This document shows positions 34,801 to 48,699 of a stretch of 64,000 nucleotides of DNA, piece by piece. A model generated the notes under the pieces. The model was not told where the DNA came from. It saw only the letters and a program-made list of their open reading frames with translations, and did not search any database. Position 1 is the first letter of the stretch; each line of letters opens with the position of its first letter. The stretch comes from the human T2T-CHM13v2.0 reference genome, Homo sapiens, in contig CP068257.2 in the NCBI GenBank assembly GCA_009914755.4, positions 10,912,001 to 10,976,000 of the forward strand, in the 5' to 3' direction. The position numbers and the translations under genes are program-made.

Positions 34801-37800
34801 ACATAAAATAGCAAAGTTCCCAAAATATGTATTATATACTGTACATAAAATATGAAAGTACCCAACCATTTATAATAAACTCTACATAAAATACCAAAGT
34901 ACCCAAACTGTGTATTATATACTGTCCATAAAATATCAAAGTACCCAAAATATATATTGTAAACTGCACATAAAATATAAAAGTAGCCAAAATATATATT
35001 GTATACTGTACATAAAATATAAACGTACCCCAAATATGTATTATATACTGTACATAAAATATCAAAGTACCGATAATACATATTATATGCTGTACATAAA
35101 ATATCAAAGGACCCAAAATAAACATTATATACTGTACATAAAATATCCAAATACTCAAAATATATATTACATACTGTACATAAAATATCAAAGTACCCAA
35201 ATTATGTATTATATACTGTACGTAAAATATCAGAGTACCCAAAATATGCATTATATACTGTACATAAAATATGAAAGTAACAAAACCTTTATAATAAACT
35301 GTACATAAAATATCAAAGTAGTCAAACTATATATCATATACTGTACATAAAATATCAAAGTACCCAAACTGTGTATTATTGTATACTGTATATAAAATAT
35401 CAAATTACCTGAAATATATATTGTATACTGTACATAAAGTATCAAAGTACCCAAAACATATACTCTATACTGTACATAAAATATGAAGGTACATCAAATA
35501 TATCTTATATCCTGTACATAAAATATCAAAGTACACCTATTATATATTGTGTACTGTACATAATATATTAAATCACCCAAATATATATTGTATACTGTAT
35601 ATAAAATATGAAGGTACTTCAAATGTATATTATATGCTGCACATAAAATATCAAAGTACCCAAAGTATGCATTACATACTGTACATAAAATATCAAAGTA
35701 CACAAATTATATATTATATAATGTACATAAAATATGAAGGTTCATAAAATATATTTTATATTCTGTACATAATATATCAAAGTACATCAATTATGTATTA
35801 TATACGGTACATAAAATATCAAAGTACCCAAAATATGTATTATTTACTGTACATAAAATATGAAAGTAACCAAACATTTATAATAAACTGTACATAAAAT
35901 ATCAAACTACTCAATCTACATATTATATACAGTATATAAAATATCAAAGTACACAAACTGTATATTATATACTGTACATAATATATCAAAGTACCCAGAA
36001 TATATAGCATACTGTACATTAAATATCAAAGTACCCAAAATATATATTGTATACGGTACATAAAATATAAAGGTACATCAAAGATATATTATATTCTGTA
36101 CATAAAATATCAAATTACACCAAATATATATTATATGCTGTACATAATATATTAAAGTTGCCCATATATACATTATACACTGTACATAAAATATGAACGT
36201 ACATCAAATATATAGTATATGCTGCACATATAATATCAAAGTACCCAAAGTATGTATTATACACTGTACATAAAATATCAAACTACCAAAATTATATATT
36301 ACATACTGTAAATAAAATATGAAGGTACCTCAAATATATATTATATTCTGTACATAAAATATCAAAGTACACCAAGTATATACTATATACTCTGCATAAA
36401 ATATTAAATTACCCACAATATGTATTGTATTGTGTACATAAAATATGAAAGTAACCAAACATTTATAATAAACTGTACATAAAATATCAAAGTACTCAAA
36501 CTGTATATTATATACTGTACATAAAGTATCAAAGTACCCAAACTGTGTAGTATATACTGTACATAAAATGTCAAGGTACGCAAAATATATATTGTAAACT
36601 GTAGATAAAATATCAAAGTACCCAAAATATATATTATATACTGTACATAAAATATGAAGGCACATCCAATATATATTATATTCTGTACATAAAATATCAA
36701 AGTACACCAAATGTATATTATACACTGTACATAAAATATCAAAGTACCCAACGTGTATATTATATACTGTACACAAAATATGAAGGTTCATCAAATATAT
36801 TTTATATTCTGCACATAATATATCAAAGTACATCAAATATATATTATATACTGTACATAAAATATCAAAGTACCAAAAATATGTATTATATACTGTACAT
36901 AAAATATGAAAGTAACCAAACATATATAATAAACTGTACATAAAATATCAAAGTACTCGAACTACATATTATATACAGTATATAAAATGTCAAAGTACCC
37001 AAACTCTATATTATATACTGTATATAATATATCAAAGTACCCGAATATATAGCATACTGTACATAAAATATCAAAGTACCCAAAGTGTGTATTATACACT
37101 GCACATAAAATATGAAGGTACATAAAATATATATTGTATTCTGTACATAAAATATCAAAGTACTCCAAATATATATTACATGCTGTACAAAATATATTAA
37201 AGTTGCCCAAATATATATTATATACTGTACATAAAATATGAAGGTACATCAAATATATAGTATATGCTGCACATAAAATATCAAAGTACCCAAAGTATGT
37301 ATTATATACTGTACATAAAATATCAAAGTACCCAAAGTATATATTATATACTGTACATAAAATATAAAATACCCCAAATATACATTATATGCTGTACATA
37401 AAATATCAAAGTACACAAAATATGTATTATGTACTGTGCATAAAATATCAAAGGACCCAAAATATATATTATATACTGTAGATAAAATATCAAAATACCC
37501 AAAATATATATTATATACCCTACATAAAATACCAAAGTACCCAAAGTATATATTATATACCGTACAAAAAATATCAAAGTAGCCAAAATATGTATTATAC
37601 ACTGTACATAATATATGAAAGTACCCAAACATTTATAATAAACTGTACATAAAATATCAATGTACTCAAACTATATATTATGTGCGGTACATAAGATATC
37701 AAAGTACCCATACTATATAGTATGTACTGTACTTAAAATATCAAAATACCCAAAATATATATTATATACGTTACATAAACTATCAAATACACAAAGTATG

Positions 37801-40800
37801 TATTATATACTGTACATAAAATAGCAACGTTCCCAAAATATGTATTATATACTGTACATAAAATATGAAAGTACCCAACCATTTATAATAAACTCTACAT
37901 AAAATACCAAAGTACCCAAACTGTGTATTATATACTGTCCATAAAATATCAAAGTACACAAAATATATATTGTCAACTGTACATAAAATATCAAAGTAGC
38001 CAAAATATATATAGTATACCGTACATAAAATATAAAATTACCCCAAATATATATTATATACTGTACATAAAATATCAAAGTACCGATAATACATATTATA
38101 TACTGTACATAAAATATCAAAGGACCCAAAATAAACATTATATACTGTACATAAAATATTCAAATACTCAAAATATATATTACATACTGTACATAAAATA
38201 TCAAAGTACCCAAATTATGTATTATATACTGTACGTAAAATATCAGAGTACCCAAAATATGCATTATATACTGCACATAAAATATGAAAGTAACAAAACA
38301 TTTATAATAAACTGTACATAAAATATCAAAGTACTCAAACTATATATCATATACTGTACATAAAATGTCAAAGTACCCAAACTGTGTATTATTATATACT
38401 GTATATAAAATATCAAAATACCTGAAATATATATTGCATACTGTACATAAAATATCAAAGTACCCAAAATATATACTATATACTGTACATAAAATATGAA
38501 GGTACATCAAATATATATTACATCCTGTACATAAAATAACAAAGTACACCTATTATATATTGTGTACTGTACATAATATATTAAATCGCCCAAATATATA
38601 TTCTATACTGTATATAAAATATGAAGGTACTTCAAATATATATTATATGCTGCACATAAAATATCAAAGTACCCAAAGTATGCATTACATACTGTACATA
38701 AAATATCAAAGTACACAAATTATATATTATATACTGTACATAAAATATGTAGGTTCATCAAATATATTTTATATTCTGTACATAATATATCAAAGTACAT
38801 CAAATATATATTATATACGGTACATAAAATATCAAAGTACCCAAAATATGTATTATTTACTGTTCATAAAATATGAAAGTAACCAAACATTTATAATAAA
38901 CTGTACATAAAATATCAAAGTACTCAATCTACATATTATATACAGTATATAAAATATCAAAGTACACAAACTGTATATTATATACTGTACATAATATATC
39001 AAAGTACCCAGAATATATAGCATACTGTACATAAAATATCAAAGTACCCAAAATATATATTGTATACTGTACATAAAATATGAAGGTACATCAAAGATAT
39101 ATTATATTCTGTACATAAAATATCAAAGTACACCAAATATATATTATATGCTGTACATAATATATTAAAGTTGCCCATGTATACATTTTATACTGTACAT
39201 AAAATATGAAGGTACATCAAATATATAGTATATGCTGCACATAAAATATCAAAGTACCCAAAGTATGTAATATATACTGTACATAATATATCAAAGTACC
39301 AAAAGTATATATTACATACTGTAAATAAAATATGAAGGTACCTCAAATATACATTATATTCTGTACATAAAATATCAAAGTACACCAAATATATACTATA
39401 TACTGTACATAAAATATTAAATTACCCACAATATGTATTTTATTCTGTACATAAAATATGAAAGTAACCAATCATTTATAATAAACTGTACATAAAATAT
39501 CAAAGTACTCAAACTGTATATTATATACTGTAAATAAAGTATCAAAGTACCCAAACTGTGTAGTATATACTGTACATAATATATCAAGGTACCCAAAATA
39601 TATATTGTAAACTGTAGATAAAATATCAAAGTACCCAAAATATATATTATATACTGTACATAAAATATGAAGGCACATCCAGTATATATTATATTCTGTA
39701 CATAAAATATCAAAGTACACCAAATGTATATTATATACTGTACATAAAATATAAAAGTACCCCAAGTATATATTATATACTCTACATAAAATATGAAAGT
39801 ACCCAAAATATATATTATATACTGTACATAAAATATCAAAATACCCATAGTATGTATTATATCCTGTACATAAAATATGAAGGTACATCTAATATATATT
39901 ATATTCTGCACATAAAATATCATATTACACCAAATATATATTATATACTGTACATAAAAGATGAAAGTACATCAAATATATATTATATGCTGCACATAAA
40001 ATATAAAAGTCCCCAAAGTTTGTATTATATTCTGTACATAAAATATCAAAGTATCCAAAGTGTATATTATATACTGTACATAAAATATGAAGGTACATCC
40101 GATACATATTATATTCTGTACGTAAAATATCAAAGTACACCAAGTATATATTATATACTGTACATAAAATATTAAATTACCCAAAATATGTATTGTATAC
40201 TGTACATAAAATATGAAAGTATCCAAACATTTATAATAAACTGTACATAAAATATCAAAGTACTCAAACTGTGTATTATATACTGTACATAAAGCATCCA
40301 AGTACCCAAACTGTGTAGCATATACTGTACATAAAATATCAAGGTACCCAAAATATATAGTGTAAACTGTAGATAAAATATCAAAGTACCCAAAGTATAC
40401 ATTATATACTCTACATAAAATATCAAAATACGCAAAATATATATTGTATACTGTACATAAAATATCAAAGTATCCAAACTATATATTATGTACTGTACAT
40501 AAAATATCAAAGTACCCAAAGTGTGTATTATACACTGCATATAAAATATGAAGGTACATAAAATATATATTGTATTCTGTACATAAAATATCAAATTACA
40601 CCAAATATATATTATATAGTGTACATAATATATTAAAGTCTACCAAATATATATTATATACTGTACATAAAATATGAAGGTACATCAAATATATATTATA
40701 CGCTGCACATAAAATATCAAAGTACCCAAAGTATGTATTATATACTGTACATAAAATATCAAAGTACCCAAAGTATATATTATATACTGTACATAAAATA

Positions 40801-43800
40801 TAAAATACCCCAAATATATATTATATGCTGTACATGAAATATCAAAGTACACAAAATATGTATTATGTACTGTACATACAATATCAAAGGACCCAAAATA
40901 TATATTATATACTGTACATAAAATATCAAAATATCCAAAATATATATTATATACTGTACATAAAATACCAAAGTACCCAAAGTATATATTATATACCGTA
41001 CAAAAAATATCAAAGTAGCCAAAATATGTATTATACACTGTACATAATATATGAAAGTACCCAAACATTTATAATAAACTGTACATAAAATATCAATGTA
41101 CTCAAACTATATATTATGTGCGGTACATAACATATCAAATTACCCATACTATATAGTATATACTGTACTTAAAATATCAAAATATCCAAAATATATATTA
41201 TATACGTTACATAAACTATCAAATACACAAAGTATGTATTATATACTGTACATAAAATAGCAAAGTTCCCAAAATATGTATTATATACTGTACATAAAAT
41301 ATGAAAGTACCCAACCATTTATAATAAACTCTACATAAAATACCAAAGTACCCAAACTGTGTATTATATACTGTCCATAAAATATCAAAGTACCCAAAAT
41401 ATATATTGTAAACTGTACATAAAATATCAAAGTAGCCAAAATATATATTGTATACTGTACATAAAATATAAAATACCCCAAATATATATTATATACTGTA
41501 CATAAAATATCAAAGTACCCATAATACATATTATATACTGTACATAAAATATCAAAGGACACAAAATAAATATTATATACTGTACATAAAATATCCAAAT
41601 ACTCAAAATATATATTACATACTGTACATAAAATATCAAAGTACCCAAATTATGTATTATATACTGTACGTAAATTATCAGAGTACCCAAAATATGCATT
41701 ATATACTGTACATAAAATATGAAATTAACAAAACATTTATAATAAACTGTACATAAAATATCAAAGTACTCAAACTATATATCATATACTGTACATAAAA
41801 TATCAAAGTACCCAAACTGTGTATTATTATATACTGTATATAAAATATCACAGTACCTGAAATATATATTGTATACTGTACATAAAATATCAAAGTACCC
41901 AAAATATATACTATATACTGTCCATAAAATATGAAGGTACATCAAATATATATTATATCCTGTACATAAAATATCAAACTACACCTATTAGATATTGTGT
42001 ACTGTACATAATATATTAAATCCCCCAAATATATATTGTATACTGTATATAAAATATGAAGGTACTTCAAATTCATATTACATGCTGCACATAAAATATC
42101 AAACTACCCAAGGTATGCATTATATACTGTACATAAAATATCAAAGTACACAAATTATATATTATATACTGTACATAAAATATGAAGGTTCATCAAATAT
42201 ATTTTATATTCTGTACATAATATATCAAAGTACATCAAATATATATTATATACGGTACATAAAATATCAAAGTACCAAAAATATGTATTATATACTGTAC
42301 ATAAAATATGAAAGTAACCAAACATTTATAATAAATTGTACATAAAATATCAAAGTACTCAAACTACATATTATATACAGTATATAAAATATCAAAGTAC
42401 ACAAACTGTATATTATATACTGTACATAATATATCAAAGTACCCGAATATATAGCATACTGTACATAAAATATCAAAGTACCCAAAATATATATTGTATA
42501 CTGTACATAAAATATGAAGGTACATCGAAGATATATTATATTGTGTACATAAAATATCAAAGTACACCAAATATATATTATATGCTGTACATAATATATT
42601 AAAGTTGCCCAAATATATATTATATACTGTACATAAAATATGAAGGCACATCAAATATATAGTATATGCTGCACATAAAATATCAAAGTACCCAAAGTAT
42701 GTAATATATACTGTACATAACATATCAAAGTACCAAAAGTATATATTACCTACTGTAAATAAAATATGAAGGTACCACAAATATACATTATATTCTGTAC
42801 ATAAAATATCAAAGTACACCAAATATATACTATATACTGTACATACAATATTAAATTACCCACAATATGTATTGTATTGTGTACATAAAATATGAAAGTA
42901 ACCAAACATTTATAATAAACTGTACATAAAATATCAAAGTACTCAAACTGTATATTATATACTGTACATAAAGTATCAAAGTACCCAAACTGTGTAGTAT
43001 ACACTGTACATAAAATATCAAGGTACCCAAAATATATATTGTAAACTGTAGATACGATATCAAATTACCCAAAATATATATTATATACTGTACATAAAAT
43101 ATGAAGGCACATCCAGTATATATTATATTCTGTGCATAAAATATCAAAGTACACCAAATGTATATTATATACTGTACATAAAATATAAAACTACCCCAAG
43201 TATATATTATATACTCTACATAAAATATGAAAGTACCCAAAATATATATTATATACTGTACATAAAATATCAAAGTACCCATAGTATGTATTATATCCTG
43301 TACATAAAATATGAAGGTACATCAAATATATATTATATTCTGCACATAAAATATCATATTACACCAAATATATATTATATACTGTACATAAAATATGAAG
43401 GTACATCAAATGTATATTATATGCTGCACATAAAATATCAAAGTCCCCAAAGTTTGTATTATATACTGTACATAAAATATCAAAGTATCCAAAGTGTATA
43501 TTATATACTGTACATAAAATATGAAGGTACATCCGATACATATTATATTCTGTACATAAAATATCAAAATACACCAAGTATATATTATATACTGTACATA
43601 AAATATTAAATTACCCGAAATATGTATTGTATACTGTACATAAAATATGAAAGTAACCAAACATTTATAATAAACTGTACATAAAATATCAAAGTACTCA
43701 AACTACATATTATATACAGTATATAAAATATCAAAGTACCCAAACTGTATATTATATACTGTACATACTATATCAAAGTACCCGAATATATAGCATACTG

Positions 43801-45512
43801 TACATAAAATATCAAAGTACCCAAAATATATATTGTACACTGCACATAAAATATGAAGCTACATCAAAGATATATTATATTCTGTACATAAAATATCAAA
43901 GTACACCAAGTATATATTATATGCTGTACATAATATATTAAAGTCGACCAAATATATATTACATACTGTACAAAAAATATGAAGGTACATCAAATATATA
44001 TTATATGCTGCACATAAAATATCAAAGTACCCAAAGTATGTATTATATACTGTACATAAAATATCAAAATACCCAAAGTATATATTATATACTATACATA
44101 CAATATAAAATACCCCAAATATATATTATATGCTGTACATAAAATATCAAAGTACACAAAATATGTATTATGTACTGTACATAAAATATCAAAGGACCGA
44201 AAATATATATTATATACTGTACATAAAATATCAAAATACCCAAAATATATACTATATACTGTACATAAAATACCAAAGTACCCAAAGTATATATTATATA
44301 CCGTACAAAAAATATCAAAGTAGCCAAAGTATGTATTATACACTGTACATAATATATGAAAGTACCCAAACATTTATAATAAACTGTACATAAAATATCA
44401 ATGTACTCAAACTATATATTATGTTCGGTACATAACATATCAAAGTACCCATACTATATAGTATATACTGTACTTAAAATATCAAAATACCCAAAATATA
44501 TATTATATACGTTACATAAATTATCCAATACCCAAAGTATGTATTATATACTGTACTTAAAATAGCAAAGTTCCCAAAATATGTATTATATACTGTACAT
44601 AACAAATGAAAGTACCCAACCATTTATAGTAAACTCTACATAAAATACCAAAGTACCCAAACTGTGTATTATATACTGTCCATAAATTATCAAAGTACCC
44701 AAAATATATATTGTAAACTGTACATAAAATATCAAAGTAGCCAAAATGTATATTGTATACTGTACATAAAATATAAATGTACCCCAAATATATATTATAT
44801 ACTGTACACAAAATATCAAAGTACCCATAATACATATTATATACTGTACATAAAATATCAAAGGACCCAAAATAAACATTATATACTGTACATAAAATAT
44901 CCAAATACTCAAAATATATATTACATACTGTACATAAAATATCAAAGTACCCAAATTATGTATTATATACTGTACGTAAAATATCAGAGTACCCAAAATA
45001 TGCATTATATACTGTACATAAAATATGAAAGTAACAAAACATTTATAATAAACTGTACATAAAATATCAAAGTACTAAAACTATATATCATATACTGTAC
45101 ATAAAATATCAAAGTACCCAAACTGTGTATTATTATATACTGTCCATAAAATATCAAGGTACCTAAAATATATATTGCATACTGTACATAAAATATCAAA
45201 GTACCCAAAATATATACTATATACTGTACATAAAATATGAAGGTACATCAAATATATATTATATCCTGTACATAAAATATCAAAGTACACCTATTATATA
45301 TTGTGTACTGTACATAACATATTAAATCACCCAAATATATATTGTATACTGTATATAAAATATGAAGGTACTTCAAATATATATTATATGCTGCACATAA
45401 AATATCAAAGTACCCAAAGTATGCATTACATACTGTACATAAAATATCAAAGTACACAAATTATATATTATATAATGTACATAAAATATGTAGGTTCATA
45501 AAATATATTTTA
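31813..45512. repeat. HSat1A large block, copy 2 of the 31,812-bp-offset duplication
   Basis: Same evidence as for block 1-13700. The constant offset of 31,812 bp is not a multiple of 42 (31812/42 = 757.4), which is consistent with accumulated small indels inside units. Confidence 0.9.
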
Positions 45513-48500
45513 TATTCTGTACATAATATATCAAAGTACATCAAATATATATTATATACGGTACATAAAATATCAAAGTACCCAAAATATGTATTATTTA
45601 CTGTTCATAAAATATGAAAGTAACCAAACATTTATAATAAACTGTACATAAAATATCAAAGTACTCAATCTACATATTATATACAGTATATAAAATATCA
45701 AAGTACACAAATTGTATATTATATACTGTACATAATATATCAAAGTACCCGAATATATAGCATACTGTACATAAAATATCAAAGTACCCAAAATATATAT
45801 TGTATACTGTACATAAAATATGAAGGTACATCGAAGATATATTATATTGTGTACATAAAATATCAAAGTACACCAAATATATATTATATGCTGTACATAA
45901 TATATTAAAGTTGCCCATGTATACATTTTATACTGTACATAAAATATGAAGGCACATCAAATATATAGTATATGCTGCACATAAAATATCAAAGTACCCA
46001 AAGTATGTAATATATACTGTACATAATATATCAAAGTACCAAAAGTATATATTACATACTGTAAATAAAATATGAAGGTACCTCAAATATACATTATATT
46101 CTGTACATAAAATATCAAAGTACACCAAATATATACTATATACTGTACATAAAATATTAAATTACCCACAATATGTATTTTATTGTGTACATAAAATATG
46201 AAAGTAACCAATCATTTATAATAAACTGTACATAAAATATCAAAGTACTCAAACTGTATATTATATACTGTACATAAAGTATCAAAGTACCCAAACTGTG
46301 TAGTATATACTGTACATAATATATCAAGGTACCCAAAATATATATTGTAAACTGTAGATAAAATATCAAATTACCCAAAATATATATTATATACTGTACA
46401 TAAAATATGAAGGCACATCCAGTATATATTATATTCTGTACATAAAATATCAAAGTACACCAAATGTATATTATATACTGTACATAAAATATAAAAGTAC
46501 CCCAAGTATATATTATATACTCTACATAAAATATGAAAGTACCCAAAATATATATTATATACTGTACATAAAATATCAAAATACCCATAGTATGTATTAT
46601 ATCCTGTACATAAAATATGAAGGTACATCTAATATATATTATATTCTGCACATAAAATATCATATTACACCAAATATATATTATATACTGTACATAAAAG
46701 ATGAAAGTACATCAAATATATATTATATGCTGCACATAAAATATAAAAGTCCCCAAAGTTTGTATTATATTCTGTACATAAAATATCAAAGTATCCAAAG
46801 TGTATATTATATACTGTACATAAAATATGAAGGTACATCCAATACATATTATATTCTGTACGTAAAATATCAAAGTACACCAAGTATATATTATATACTG
46901 TACATAAAATATTAAATTACCCAAAATATGTATTGTATACTGTACATAAAATATGAAAGTATCCAAACATTTATAATAAACTGTACATAAAATATCAAAG
47001 TACTCAAACTGTGTATTATATACTGTACATAAAGCATCCAAGTACCCAAACTGTGTAGCATATACTGTACATAAAATATCAAGGTACCCAAAATATATAG
47101 TGTAAACTGTAGATAAAATATCAAAGTACCCAAAGTATACATTATATACTCTACATAAAATATCAAAATACGCAAAATATATATTGTATACTGTACATAA
47201 AATATCAAAGTATCCAAACTATATATTATGTACTGTACATAAAATATCAAAGTACCCAAAGTGTGTATTATACACTGCATATAAAATATGAAGGTACATA
47301 AAATATATATTGTATTCTGTACATAAAATATCAAATTACACCAAATATATATTATATAGTGTACATAATATATTAAAGTCTACCAAATATATATTATATA
47401 CTGTACATAAAATATGAAGGTACATCAAATATATATTATACGCTGCACATAAAATATCAAAGTACCCAAAGTATGTATTATATACTGTACATAAAATATC
47501 AAAGTACCCAAAGTCTATATTATATACTGTACATAAAATATAAAATACCCCAAATATATATTATATGCTGTACATGAAATATCAAAGTACACAAAATATG
47601 TATTATGTACTGTACATACAATATCAAAGGACCCAAAATATATATTATATACTGTACATAAAATATCAAAATATCCAAAATATATATTATATACTGTACA
47701 TAAAATACCAAAGTACCCAAAGTATATATTATATACCGTACAAAAAATATCAAAGTAGCCAAAATATGTATTATACACTGTACATAATATATGAAAGTAC
47801 CCAAACATTTATAATAAACTGTACATAAAATATCAATGTACTCAAACTATATATTATGTGCGGTACATAACATATCAAATTACCCATACTATATAGTATA
47901 TACTGTACTTAAAATATCAAAATATCCAAAATATATATTATATACGTTACATAAACTATCAAATACACAAAGTATGTATTATATACTGTACATAAAATAG
48001 CAAAGTTCCCAAAATATGTATTATATACTGTACATAAAATATGAAAGTACCCAACCATTTATAATAAACTCTACATAAAATACCAAAGTACCCAAACTGT
48101 GTATTATATACTGTCCATAAAATATCAAAGTACCCAAAATATATATTGTAAACTGTACATAAAATATCAAAGTAGCCAAAATATATATTGTATACTGTAC
48201 ATAAAATATAAAATACCCCAAATATATATTATATACTGTACATAAAATATCAAAGTACCCATAATACATATTATATACTGTACATAAAATATCAAAGGAC
48301 ACAAAATAAATATTATATACTGTACATAAAATATCCAAATACTCAAAATATATATTACATACTGTACATAAAATATCAAAGTACCCAAATTATGTATTAT
48401 ATACTGTACGTAAATTATCAGAGTACCCAAAATATGCATTATATACTGTACATAAAATATGAAATTAACAAAACATTTATAATAAACTGTACATAAAATA

Positions 48501-48699
48501 TCAAAGTACTCAAACTATATATCATATACTGTACATAAAATATCAAAGTACCCAAACTGTGTATTATTATATAGTGTATATAAAATATCACAGTACCTGA
48601 AATATATATTGTATACTGTACATAAAATATCAAAGTACCCAAAATATATACTATATACTGTCCATAAAATATGAAGGTTCATCAAATATATATTATATC

